NCBI RefSeq assembly: GCF_964355755.1
Contig: NC_092674.1
Span: forward strand, 7,316,001 to 7,380,000
Origin: Antedon mediterranea
Taxonomy: Eukaryota; Animalia; Echinodermata
DNA: 64,000 bases
Reading direction: 5' to 3'
The notes under the pieces are model-generated. The model did not search any database and was not told the DNA's origin. It saw only the letters and a list, made by a program, of their open reading frames with translations. Each line of letters starts with the position of its first letter. Position 1 is the first letter of the stretch. A program made the translations under genes and the position numbers. Shown here piece by piece: positions 26,873-41,091 of this stretch.

Positions 26873-29800
26873 TTATGCCTTTTTCAACTAAAAACGTATA
26901 TTCCGTGAGCTATAAAAACTGCTGACAATAATCAAATTTCAATCCCAGACGGAAATGTGTTAACAGTATTTGGAACAAAGGCCAACAGACCTACAAAATG
27001 CAGTCTACAAACAGATACACTGAAAGTAAATTAATTAGCACTAGACGGCAATAATCAAATTAATAATGATAGGAATTTAATTTCAAAGGGACAGTGTACT
27101 GTACTATCAAGGTCAATATCACAGATAGTCACATTTTTATAAAATACAAGGTTAGAATTTCCCTTTAATACAGGTTTTTCCTCCAATTAAAGACCATTGT
27201 TAGGTTCAGGGTTTAATTAACTTTACAGTAAAAATTTAAAGGAACAATTTATTAGTATGATCAATATTATTACAGCTCCAATATTAAAGTATGATCAAAG
27301 TTTGAGGAATGTTACTTGAGTTTCTCAGGTCTTCCTTCGAAAAAACATTTTTTGGGGCTCAATTTTTAAGTCACAGTAGAAACTTAACTAGATCAATCTA
27401 ACAGCTGGTATAATCAAGGTTTGAAGAATGCTGTGATAGAATGTCTCTTTAATACAGGTCTTTCCTCCAATTAAAGACCATATTTGGGTTCAAGATATTA
27501 ATTAATTTACAATAGGAATTTAAAGGGCAAACTACTGTAGATATATTCAATGTTTATGTACCTGTATTCAGTTTAAATAATGTAATAATAATGTACATAT
27601 ATTTCCTAGTTTCAATTTAACCTACCTGTAAGAGTTGTTCCAATTACTATTCAATATGTAAATTTATTCGAATTTATGTTTCTGAAATGAATCATCCATA
27701 TTTTTCATTATCAGATTTTCTACTGCATCATAATAGATTTGTGCGTGTATGGAATTCCTAATAAATAAATAAATACTTAAATCTTGTTTGATGTGTTTGG
27801 ATATTTATTTTATTGAATTTTATGAAAATTTATTTAAATTTATGTGTCTGAAATGAAACAAAAATATTTTCTATAATATCAGATATTCTAGTCTATGATA
27901 CAAAAATACAAAATAGACATTAATAATGAAATACTTTAATAATGTTTAATGTAATATTAAACATGGGAAAACAAAGAAACAAACAATCATTTTAATAATT
28001 TAATGTACAGTATTATTTATTAACGCAAATAGCTTGATTTTGCGAGGAACGTCATTGCACAATGCATGAATAGAAGGGTTTGATAGCAAATGTCACATTG
28101 TGTATAACAACAAATCATGTTTGTGCGCATCATGACGTTTGCTCCCAAATCCTTCCTACCATACTATTTGCGATATTAACTTATCAAAATTACTGTATGC
28201 AAGATTAATACAGATTAGGCTACATTTATGGTACATCATTATGTTATTTGTACTATCAACCTACAAGTTCAGAATTAATTTATTTCAATAATCTATTTAT
28301 TTTTAATGAAAAAAATATAAGAACTTTCAGTGCACTTGGCAGTTTGCAAATGAAAAATATAGAGGGCAGCAAACACAATTTTTATTTCACAAATTTCAAA
28401 AAGGAAAAATTGCAATGACAAAATATTCTTTTTGCTGATTATAATTTATAACCTAAAAAATAATTAATTAATTTTTTCCAAGATTAATGTGGTGGTCCGG
28501 CGACTAACTTGACCATTACAAATTGTCATGTATTTGTGTGGGAGATTATTCTGACCTCTTAGTTAGTTTTTTTCGTTAACAACTATAGTAAACAGAAAAT
28601 TATTTAGTACATATCGCAAAATCCTCAATTATCCCAGAGCGCCACCAATTTTGTGCAAAGATCATAGATTTAAGAAAAGTACAGGGTTGAACCTTTTACA
28701 TCTGTTGCGGCACGGTTTCAGCGCTGACAAATCAAATTGAACGTCAATGTTTTGTTTTCACGTGGCTACGTGCATATTGATAGGCGCATAGCCATGTAAT
28801 GTTAAATTTACCGGACTGGAATTATGCCGAAACAGGTGGGAAACACCCTTAACATGTACAGAAAAATGGCAAAATCATTTCCCCACAGTAACAGAAAACA
28901 GTAACAATTTATATATGCTGATAAATATTTTGGCAAATCAATAATTCACATCCTGAGGCAAAAGAGTTCTATACTTGATACTTTTTCCAACGCATATATA
29001 ATTGAATATATAATATGATACGCAGTTACATTACACACTGATAGTTTGTGACACAACGCTTTCAGATATTCCAGGTTACTTACAACTGGGTCATTTTTCA
29101 CCAAATGATTGGAAAATTCTTCACCTTTAACATTTTCACAACATTCTATCTATATGGTCAGGACAGAAATTTAATTTATGACCTTATCGAACAAAATCAG
29201 TATTTTACTAATAAATCTGAAGTGGTTTTTCAATGTTTTCTGGTAAACTTATTTATTGCCTCATCTTTTAAATGGGATATTAAGCTGATGGTGTGTGTAC
29301 ACAAGACATACGTGGGTCATTCCCTGGTGACGAACGAGAACATATCGATTGACCATGCCCAATATCTATAATCAAGTCAAGGTTTTACTCTTTTTTTTTA
29401 AATTTATCTATTATCTATTAGAAAATAAATTCATCTGCGACACAAAAACAGTAGAAATAATATTATCAAAGATATCAGACGAAGGTCAGGCTTGAATAAA
29501 AGTTGCTGGTCTAATTAAAGCAATACAGTATTATTTGTGTAAATTCATAAATATTGACATTTTGAGACCTTGATGATGGCAGGTAGGGCCTGGGAAACAG
29601 GTTATCAACAAAAACATAGCTCTTGTATGTCCATTCAACACATCTAAAACATCCTGATTTACCTGTATACATTCTACACAACGCAATCTAACAATCAAGA
29701 TAGGAACTCATAAAAGTCCTTTGATCTTATGTCTGGCTGCGACAAATACCACAGTACTCACTGTACTATGTACATATTCTCCGCGGCGCGCTGTGTATGT

Positions 29801-30829
29801 TGAGGGGCATGGAACTGATCGTGTCACAGCCACAGATAAACCATTTGATCTCGAGAGCTCAGCATTCTGTCGTTAGATTGCCTTGGTCTACAGTAGTTTC
29901 CAGAGGTCCCAAGTTGGAAAAATGAAATATTAGGCAACATTTGCGTGATCAAAAAATAGAGTGTGCTATAATAACCTAACATGGTAATACAAATTACACA
30001 TTAGCCTTGTGTTGGAATTTGAATCGAAATCGTAAGGTTTTCATAGTAAAAATTATTTTGAGGAGCTGATGTTCTACACTAAAAATAAAGAGATCCTGTG
30101 GGATGTCTGATTGCCAAATCTTGTGTGAGGATGATGTACAACATTTATATAATTTATAACAACCACACTGTGGATTCACTGGACTTTCACTACTAGTACC
30201 ACTAAATTGAGTCCAGATAAGCCATCCTTTTGCACCTACTGCAGTAATATAAAAAAAGAAAACACAGCCATACAGTGTATCATTCAACAATATAAGAAAA
30301 ATCGTAGGCGAATATAAAATTTCACACAACTGAACACCCTACAAAATATTTAGATATTAAATTCTATTTTGACAGTTACTACTATACAGAAGCCTTTAAT
30401 AATGACTTGATAAATAAAATAGATTTCTAATAGTTTCGAAATATTGTACTACTATTAGGCTATACATATAAAATGCACAACCCTACTGTACCTTGTTATA
30501 TCTTGTTTACCTCTTATCTCCAACGCTACCATATGCTGTATCAAACTAGTAAATCACGTTCAGAATAGACCTGTAGTGTCTAAACACACTCGAGTATTTG
30601 CAAAGCAATATCCTGTATTAATAGAAATCAACGGTAAGGTTTCTGCCTAACTGATCTGCTAAACATAGCTAACATGTAACTTTTCCACTCTGATGACACC
30701 AACACAAAAGAACGAGTGAAGCACATGTGAAGGTGCCTGGCCGTCAACTCAAAAAGTTCAATTGACCTTTATGAACATTTAATCGACCTCTCAATTAAAA
30801 TATAATTACATTTTGTATATTACCTGTAG

Positions 30830-31680
30830 ATGTGATTGCTAGATTTGATTTACTATATTTTCTTATCAATGAAATCAAAATGAAGCAGTGTTGGGTAATG
30901 ATTATTGGGAACCCCTACAATTAAATGGAATGATCCATCTTCCCCCTGATTACATAGTGTAAAATGTACACCTTCAAGTTAAAATTTCTACTATATTTCC
31001 TATCAATAAAAATCAATAAAGTAAGATAGCTTTATCCGTATTGCATCTGGATAAACCAACATTGGCAATGACTCAAAATATAACACAATGGAAACCCCAT
31101 TAAAAAGTTGAATGATCCATCTTCCCCCTGACACCAAATCAAACGTTGATTACATAGTATACATCTGCAGTTTACATTGCCACTAAATTTCCTATCAATA
31201 AAATTGAATGAAGTAAGATACCTTATCTGTATTGCATCTGGATAAACCAACATTGGCAATGACTCAAAATTTAATACAATGGAAACCCCCATTAAAAGTT
31301 GAATGATCCATCTTCCCATGACACCAAATCAAACATTGATTACATAGTATACACCTGCAGTTTACTTTGCTATTAATTATATTTCCTATCAATAAAAATC
31401 AATAAAGTAAGATAGCTTTATCCATACTGCATCTGGATAAACCAACATTGGCAATGACTCAAAATATAATACAATGGAAACTCCCATTAAAAAGTGGAAT
31501 GATCTATCTTCCCCTGACACCAAATCAAACGTTAATTACTCTTGCAGTTTACATTGCTACTATATTTCCTACCAATAAAAATCAATGAAGTAAGATCCAT
31601 ATTGCATCTGGATAAACCAACATTGACAATGACTCAAAATTGTATACAATGGAAACCCCCATTAAAAAGTAGAAAAGTCC
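30830..31680. repeat. ~185-bp tandem repeat, 4-5 units
   Basis: Recurrent TTGCATCTGGATAAACCAACATTGGCAATGACTCAAAAT..ACAATGGAAACCCC.ATTAAAAAGT at ~31041, 31232, 31427, 31602. Confidence 0.88.
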
Positions 31681-33659
31681 ATCAATGAACCAGGTAAGAT
31701 TTTGTTTATGATCATCACACTGATGGATTATGATCTCAGATAAAACAGAATAGGTTGTTGATATTGATTTGTTCTTCATATAATTATATTATCTTTTTGT
31801 TATAAATGGAAGTTAATTTAATGATATCAATAAATCTTAATTAAGCAGGTGTTCATTTTGTTGCTTTATCCGGTTTGTAATTGTTAAGTGAATGATTGTG
31901 TTTTTCAATCAATTACAGTAATTGAGGAAAGGCTACATTGATTCTTTTTATATAATACTTATATTTGAATGTTTAAACATAAACAAGTTACACGCCTTGT
32001 CTTTTGAAAATTATAGGTGTGCCACAAATTGCACTCCTCAATACATTCAGGGATGCTGTAGGTGTGCTGTTTGGTGTATAGAAGTTTACCAAAATTAAGC
32101 ATGTTGTAAATCGCACTCCTCAAGGGCAGTTTAGGAGTGTGTTAGGTGAGTGATCGCACTTGGTCGCCTTAAAAGACAAGGCCTGAAGTTCATATCCAAA
32201 TATCGAATACATTTCATCCTGAAATCTATGGGGATATCCATTGAGAGCTACTATGTTAGTAAAGAAAATAATTGCCTTTTCTAGAAAACATAGTAGAAAA
32301 TAATATTTAATACTGTGTTTAATTTATTACAACGTTCAAGTATATTCCTACTCTTTAATATACTTAACCAAATAACTTTGGACACAAGACTTTGATAAAT
32401 TTATCGTAAATATTAAATAGTATAATAATATAATAATTTTGCCAAATTCCCTAAAACTATTGGTCATACATACGGAAAATTAAACTGGATAAAACTTGTT
32501 AAACTAACAGTGCACTGATCACCTCTTCATAGCCATTCTAACACCATGAAAAGAATACAAGTTGTGTTTTTCCTCTTTTCACAGCTAATTATGTATAAGA
32601 CTACAATACATCATAGCAGTATGCTAAGGAGTATCAGATAATAAAAAAGATAGGAAGTGATCACACTGACCAATTGTCTCAAGTGTTGAGTATAATGGAC
32701 AAGCAAGTTGTCAATGGTCAGCTGAATATTATGACAAGCTTTTGATAAAACAATTTATCATAATTATATATTGTGTGTACAATTTATTACCAAAGATCTT
32801 ATCAGCTGACAGGAAGCAACATGTTTCTCCACGGAAGGGCTCACAGTAGACATGCATGGGTGCAGCCATTTATGCCAGAAAGTACTTCTGTTTTTAAAAG
32901 GGTGGGCTTTAGTTTTAATGCGAATATTATGAAATTATGCTCAGACATAGGTGAGATTATGAAAGCCAATCAAAATATTGTATGTTTGTACTACAGTATT
33001 ATTATTGTGTATATAGGCATGGTATTGCATAGTAAATAAAGAACCATTTAACAAATTCATTTTAACTACTGTACAGTACTACTTACTATGTCAGTAGAGC
33101 CCCTATTCAGGGTAAACCTTTATTAGTTAGGGACACTTTCTTATGATGATGAAAAATAAGTTTCAATATGGACAACCAATTTATAGGACATCCCTATTAA
33201 GGAATGCATAAATGAGTTCCTTCAATAGAGGGTTTAATCATTAAAGTAAACCAACCTACACTTTAATACCAATACTGTAAGTAGTACTAGTAATACTGTA
33301 TTAACCCATTAATAAATTCCGAATTGATTTTGATATGACACTATCACAGCAGGCAAGTAGTCTGAATGGCATCATATTGAACCACGGCACCATCGATAAA
33401 TGGATCCAAGACAAGAGTTCCTGTGGCTTTGCGGATTAGGTTACATCAAACTTACATTTTTTCTTATCCCGATTGAAAATCTTGGAATCGCGCTCGCAGC
33501 TGTCACAAACCAATATCAATACGACTATGTAACGAATTTTGGCATGGCAACAGTCACTCATCAATGAACATTAGTTGGCAATGAGGTTGGATGTTTTCCA
33601 AACTTTTTTTGTTATCATTGATCAATGAGGTTAATAAAAGTTTGTGCTTATGGTTAAAT

Positions 33660-33985
33660 ACACTATCAAACTTTATGTGACAAACAAATGTGATGTGCCC
33701 ATATATGGACATGAATGACATCATATCACTACCATATTTTGGGATATCAATACCATATTCGGGTACATCACACTTTTTTGTCAAACTAGGTTGATAGTGT
33801 AGACAGAGCTCTAAGGAAAGCATTTCAAGAGATAATGAATTTTAAAAGAAAATAATATAATATATTTTAATTGTGATGTGCCCATATATGGACATGATGA
33901 TGTTATATCACTACCATATTTGAGCATATCACTACCATATTTGGGCACATCACACTTTGTTTTGTCAAATTACGTAGACAGAGCT
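33660..33985 (+). mobile_element. Two adjacent MITE family A copies (33660-33810, 33872-33985)
   Basis: Both carry TGTGATGTGCCCATATATGGACATGA and end in GTAGACAGAGCT. Confidence 0.85.
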
Positions 33986-34042
33986 TTTAGGATAACTGTA
34001 AATTCATTCTTTTATAATTTCTTTTTACTCTGCTAAAGTTAA

Positions 34043-34532
34043 AGATGTATTGTCCCTTGAAACACAAAAAATGAAAAAAAAAATATTCTAAATTTAAATT
34101 GGCCATATAAAAGTAATATTAAAGTTATTCACTTTAAGTCGAAAATTCGAGGCAAAAACAAGTTTACGTAATTATCAGGTAAATTAATTTGATTACATTT
34201 TGTGCATTATGCATGATGCTAATTAGGATTGTTTACAACTCGTAGCGGTTGAGAATGTGTTTTCACACAGATTGCGAGGAAGTTTTATGATTATGCATAC
34301 AGAGTAGCTAACAAGCGCGTTGCATTATAAGATATGTTTTGATCGAAAACTTTGACTGGAAGTCAAAGTTATTTTTTGAACAAAAAAATGTCCGTATTTT
34401 GGTTAAATTATTTTTTTTTCAACTAATTTTTGGTGACAGTTAATAACTATTATGATACTTCAAAATGACCTACTTTTTTTCGAAATACAAAAAAAAATTA
34501 ATTTTGGAATTAGTCAATAGGACAATACATCT
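34043..34532. mobile_element. Kolobok-like non-autonomous element
   Basis: TTAA|AGATGTATTGTCC ... GGACAATACATCT|TTAA. Confidence 0.75.
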
Positions 34533-36264
34533 TTAATCATAAAGGTGAAACAAAGGAATATACATTACTGCATGTTTTCAATGTCAATGTCATACATTTG
34601 TAATTTATGTGTTTATTGTGCATAAAGAAATATTCAATATCACTTTATAATTTATTTTGGCCAGTTATCAAACTAAAACAAATGAATATATCTGTGTTCC
34701 ATCATAATAAATGAAATTGATAAGCGCATTTACTGCAAGTTATCAAAAATCAGATTACAAAAAAAAATATTTGGTTGATCACACATTTAAATATAAAAAT
34801 GATTTGCTACAGTATTTTAATATTTTTTTAATTTTAGTTTGATAACAAATTGATGATTAATTAGTAATTGAATTCTGATTGATAAATGAAATGTGATTGT
34901 TTAAAAACTAAGAAGTGACACTCAGTGTTACAGTATCTTTAGCAATAATTACATCATTATCATTTTTTTCAATTTCCTATTTCATAATTCCGTTTAATTT
35001 TCCTAAGATGCTTTTTATCTCTTTATTTAAATTAATTCAAACATAACCTTTTGAACTCAACTGCTCAATAAAATATTATTAATAAGAAAATTCAATATCC
35101 ACACTAAACCGTACTACTGTACAAAGATTGCATTTTTAACAGTAAAGATACTGTACCTGCTCTTACTTACTTATATCTCTATCCAATTGTTTCTGATTTG
35201 ATATAATTTAACATTGGTGATGAGGACTAGTGTATTTATAGTAATAATATTTTTTTTTATAATTATGATAAAAATTGTTAATGATGAGTACGAACATTGA
35301 TAAACTTAATGTCAAATTACGACAATAATAGTGGGAAAATCCATACTGTAGAAAAAAAGAAAGGGTTTTATTATTGCACCCAGTTGGGAAAAGACAGTAC
35401 TTATTATTTTGCCAAAATGAGGGAGGGGGGGGGGTGCATCCCCCTAATCCCTTTATTGTGAATGTGCTACTAGAAAAAGAATTTCTTGTGTAGAGACTAT
35501 GTCTTAACAATACAAACTGGGCTGGTACAGTAATACTATACTAAATACGGTTTCTGCAAATTATCATATAATAAATTTAAAATGTAATGACGATAGATAA
35601 TATGATGATATACTATTGGTTGCCTCATTTTGCTACTGTATGCTGCTAAATAACATACACTTTTTCTAAATATTCCATGCTCAATTTAGTAAGTTAATGA
35701 GATGGAGCATCGATTAGGAAAGGATTAATAATAATATAGCAGGACACCCACAATCAGTATGCATACACCCACACCAATAGCACAGTGAGTTGTTTAGTGG
35801 AACATTGCGAATTTATAAACATAAAATAATGCATTACTTATAAATGAAACCATATTCTTTACTTTAAATTAAAAAATAGTAAATGTTATAGTTATAGATT
35901 TATATTAATATTATTAATAATTAGATTATATTACAAGAAAATTACAACACATGAAGAAAAATAACAATTTTATAATATATTTCAAATTTAATTGGTTAGA
36001 TTTAAAATAATCTAATTTTACAAATAGAAAACTGACCATGCGGCAGTAAATTTGACTGTAAAAATAGATCTACAGTACAGTAAGTATTAAGTCTGTAATT
36101 ACATTGAAAAGGCAGGGATGAACACTGTAGAATGATTCGTGTCATTTTGTTCTTGGCTCAACTCAAAATCACATTCTCACATGATTGTTAAATGCTCATT
36201 TTGCACTCCATATGATTTTTCTCCATAATAAGTACATTTATAATAAAGTTACTTTCAAATTGAA

Positions 36265-36740
36265 GAAAGCACAATCATGAATGAATGGTACACAGTACAA
36301 TTTAATGTCAATAGACACTTCTAAAATACACATACCATTATCATGTTAATACTCATTTTGCACTCCATACTTGCCATGTTCTAATGCACACCAATGGGGG
36401 ATAGACATTTATGCTCATAATGAGTGCCATACTTTATGAAAGAGTGTTGACATTTCTAATGCATAAGTCGGGAAGATCGGCTGATGAGAACGCGCTTTAA
36501 AATGGGAGTAAGCACAATCACGAAGAAATGGTACACAGTTGGAATTTGATGTCAATTTAGACACTTCTAAAAATACACATACAATTATCATGTTAATACT
36601 CATTTTGCACTTCATACTTGCCATGTTCTGAAGCACACCAATGGGGGATAGACATTTATGCTTCTAATGAGTGCCATACTTTATGAAAGAGTGTTGACAT
36701 TTCTAATGCATAAGTCAGGAAGATCGGCTGATGAGAAAGC
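36265..36740. repeat. ~240-bp tandem duplication
   Basis: AATGGTACACAGT..AGACACTTCTAAAA..CACCAATGGGGGATAGACATTTATGCT..GAAGATCGGCTGATGAGAA occurs twice. Confidence 0.88.
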
Positions 36741-39400
36741 GCAATTATCATGTTGTTAAGTGGATGTGAAAGTTGATGAACGCATAAACAAGCAGTGAAT
36801 TTAACGTGCCGCAATTTGTATTATCTGACGCTCACCGATTGGCAATCATTCCAAGCAAAATTAATGTAACTGTATATTACAATTATTGTAAGGAATATTC
36901 TTTGAGTTATGAATATGAAATGAAATTACATAAAAGACGGGCGGAAGAGTATAACACCGATGTTAAATGTACACCCTTTGGATCAAATAAAAAAGGCAGT
37001 AATTTGTTGTTACCATATTTTAAAGTACATTTTCACTATTGTAATTGTACCAAAAAAGGAAAAATAAATAAAGAAAATTTATAGTTTCATAATGATTTGA
37101 ATTCCATGTTTTCTGAGGGTCTTTAGTAACAATATTAGCTATACAGTGATGTACCAACATGCGAATGATATTTTCAATTCCAGTTGCTGTTTATGCACCT
37201 CAGAATGCTTGACGACCTCGATCGTGCAATTGGTGTTGATTCTTTAATACATAACAACTTTTAAAAACATTTTCTTTGAAAAAATAAAATTTTAAAAAAA
37301 TTGTGCCTCCAAAATTTGATAAAGGAACGCAAAGAAGAAGAATTTTGTTTATTTGGTCTAACTCTCTTATAAACACTTCTGTAATGGGTAAAGAATATAG
37401 AACATTTTAAGTGATGCTGGCAGTGGATAGTTACCAGTTTACAGTAGGCTATCATGCTGATAAAACTCAGATTAGTTTGTGACTGTTTACATCATCTGTT
37501 AATAAATCACAAGATTTCATTTAAATGTTATGTCTATCATGAGCAGCTATAGCAAGTTACGCACGTCTCTTCTCAATTAAATTGTGATAATTTTCTCAGA
37601 AATACAGGCCTCGAAATTCATCCTAGAAAACTACTATAGCTACTATGTAGTAAAACATTTTGTGTAATTTCTAGTCGAAAATTTTAAACTAGCTAATGTT
37701 TGCTGGTTAAAACAGTTATAGCAGTAGCAAAGGTACTTTATTTTATCTGCCAATTTCTGTTAATTAAAGTTTATTAATTTACCATTAAACATTTGCTTGC
37801 CAAGCTTGCTAGTTGGTTTATTCATTTTGCTAGTTAGACTAAAACTAGCATGGTGACCTACAGTAGTAGTTAAAAAATTAAATTTCTAGCCATGAAAGTA
37901 CAGTACGTAGTGCAACACGATGAAAAAATCTTCTAAAATTTCAAATAAAGCAAACACTGTATTCACCTTTACATTTTATTGCTAAAAACATAAGAATAAA
38001 AGCTAATAATGAACACATTATTTCCAGAAGTGACTGATATTTAACTGATGAGGCCAAATAATTATTAGCCTAATATAGGCAATTAAAGACATACAGTACT
38101 GAAAACTAATGAGGTTTTCATAAATTAAACTAAACAAGGCTAAATATGGTACGCAATTAGTCAGTCAATTATGATTTGATCAGCCTATGGATGGAGTACT
38201 GCTCAGCAGTGCATTCTGCTGGTCTAAGATTAGCAGGTTGTTTCACCGTAAATGGAGCGCAGTCCGCACAAGTAAAAAACGTTAGCAAAAAGGTGTTCGC
38301 TCGGAAGAAATTAAACAACCATATATAGTTACATTCAAATCCACTGACGGAAAAAAAGTGCAATTCTGTGGAGAACAGTGGTATCTATAAAAGATGGAAA
38401 GTCAGAGAGAAAATATCAACCTTTCAAATTATTTCTTTTCCATGGCCTTTTTTTAGTTTAACAAGCTATACCAAGAGATGGATAATTAATACATATAAAT
38501 AGGTTGCAAGTTATAAACAAACAGTAAACACCTTGTTTTTTGTTGGGAAAACTCCATGAAATTTGTTTTTTTTTTGTTTGTTGGGAAAATCCCCATGAAA
38601 CTTGTTTAAATTTAAGAATGTATTGTAGCCTACACTGTATACCTCCATGATTTTAGATATGATTTAAAAATTATGTATTTTTAACCAAGATACAGATACA
38701 GTGCAATATACAGTAATTACAGTATAAATATATTATTATTTATCAGAATGTATCGGGTGATTTTGGTGTATTCTACTTACTGTAAATGTAAGTTTTTTAG
38801 GTAATTTTTTTGGTCCAAAATTAAACTAGTGTTTTTTGTTGTTTTTAAAGAAAATTACTGTGTATGAAAAATAATGTTTAATAGCGTTAACAGCACTACT
38901 ACAATTGTAAAATTACAGTTCACTAGATAGATTCCCTGTAGTGATTTCAGGTTAAAGGTTCAATTATTATGGGGTGATGAGTACAGATTGTCAACAATGA
39001 TTTTATATTAAAACAATTATAAAATTTTTGTGAAGATTATTAAAATTAAACCAACCAACTCTGCAATCTTTCAGAAGAATTATTATTGTAGCTAAAAATG
39101 TTATGCTTTGATTTGAGCTCTTTTGGAGTTTCAATTTCAAATTGCTACTGTTCAGTAATGTTGTTCATGACATGGAAAAACTAGGATTCCATTACATTAA
39201 CAATGAAGATTTTATCATGTTCTTCTCATTCAATTAACAAAATAACTATCACCTGTATAATTATTGAAAAACTAAAAAAATTAAGACCAAGAATATGAAT
39301 ATGAGATCAAGATTAAAACAGATGATTTATGATTAATGTTAAAGATGATTTACTGATTACAACTTTAAGGATAACATTGATGGTGAGTATTATGGAAAAC

Positions 39401-39536
39401 CAGTGGCGTAACAGAGTGAGCAAGGACCCCTAGTTATAGCACTCAAAGGGTCCCTCAAACGCAGAGCAGTTTCATGGGATTCCCATGCTCAGGGGTTTAC
39501 TGTAGCCAGTGAGTGCTGATAGACGTTATGCCACTG
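39401..39536. mobile_element. hAT-like MITE (same family as 58411-58592)
   Basis: TIRs CAGTGGCGTAAC/GTTATGCCACTG; imperfect 8-bp TSD TGGAAAAC/ATGAAAAC; shared subterminal TAGCCAGTGAGTGCT. Confidence 0.7.
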
Positions 39537-40100
39537 ATGAAAACATGCAAAGTAATAAATTTACAATAGAAAAGAAGGAACAAAACAAGATACTGACTTA
39601 GCCACAGCAACCCATCCATAATTTAGAACCTACTGTATATAAATGGGACATTTTCCTGTGAAAAGGGACAATATACTGTATATACAATATGTACAATACT
39701 GTATGTTCATACTTTGAATCACCACTCATCCCAAATTGAGGGGACTCATTTGTAATAGTTCCAATGCCTACAATATTTGGTTTGGTGACCTTCACTATCA
39801 TAGCCTATTTTACTAAATTTAAAATTATATATAATCTAATATTTTTATTATATAATATTATTGCCTATACTCTTGGTATTTAAATAAATAATGATTTATA
39901 AATTTAATTGGAAACTGGGATACTGAAATTACAGTAATACTGTATTATTAATACAGCAGTCTTTTTAATAATGTGCTGTATTTCCTGATGATTGATTTAA
40001 AGTAACCAACAAACGAGCTAGAATGAACAAAAAAGAAGAGATACAGAAAAATACCAGAAATAATACTGAAAAAAATCATAAAATGAAAATATAAACTTAC

Positions 40101-40118
40101 ACTTTCTTGAGCCATCAT
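40101..40118 (-). CDS. Candidate alternative first coding exon (MMAQES)
   Basis: AAACATG start context, 6 codons, donor AGT|GTAAGT, phase 0. Confidence 0.4.
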
Positions 40119-41040
40119 GTTTATTATCCAAAATGAAGGCTAAACGAATAGATAACGTTACATATAAATATCGCAGAAGGGAATATATTCTCACTGCCGA
40201 CTTCTCAGTGACAGTGAGAGAAAGAAAATCAATGATGGAATTCCACTGTTTATTGTCTACCACTCAAAAGCTTTTGAAATGTAAACGAAGTAGAGTCAAA
40301 TTCATAACACATCTATATTATAAATGATCGGCAATCAATCAGCTGATTATTGATTACACCGGTAACACATTATTATTATTAATAATATGCATATTCAATA
40401 GCAACTAAAATTCAATAAAATATTTACATAAAAATGATGCATTCTGTACCATTCATTGGTTTAAATCAGTACTATAAAATATTAATTTTGTGATTTTACT
40501 GGTCCAATGTGACTCTCGCCCTGAACTAACATTAAAATAACGTTCACAGCCATGTTGCTGGGTTTGATGGTTTAAAAGCAAACCTCATTCAAAGTGCCCA
40601 TGAGATCAGGTAGCAAAAATATAGTAAATAATGTAGGCCTAGCTCATGTGATCTGGCAGACAGTTAAAGACATAAAATGAGCAGCCCATAGGGATGTGAT
40701 CTACTGTAGGCTAGTACAGTAGTAAATTGAGTGTGCAGTGTGGGGGTCGAAAACAACTAATTTGGTGTCATATTTTGAAATATCTTGTGGATCCTACATA
40801 CAGTAATTTTAACATTAAAAAGTATTACTTTCACATAATATACAATTCTTTATCGTTTCAAATGAATTAATTAAATTTCATTATATCACCGGGCGGTTTA
40901 GAATTGATTCTGTGCCAGCGATGAATATAATAATTATCCTGTAATATTATAATTAAATCTTGAAAGAATTTCATTTAGCTTCGATTTTGTATAGATGACA
41001 AATTTTGTTTTTGTAAAAGCACAAGTTAACGGAGTACTTA

Positions 41041-41080
41041 CTCAAACGTTTCGATCTCTATCAGAGATCCTTCTCAACTG
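41041..41080 (-). ncRNA. Variant minimal hammerhead-like motif in PLE 3' end
   Basis: Minus strand TTGAGAAG-GATCTCT(GAT)AGAGATC-GAAACGTT: 7-bp stem II, GAAA, palindromic AACGTT; first core box deviates from CUGANGA. Confidence 0.5.
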
Positions 41081-41091
41081 ACTGCGGAGTG

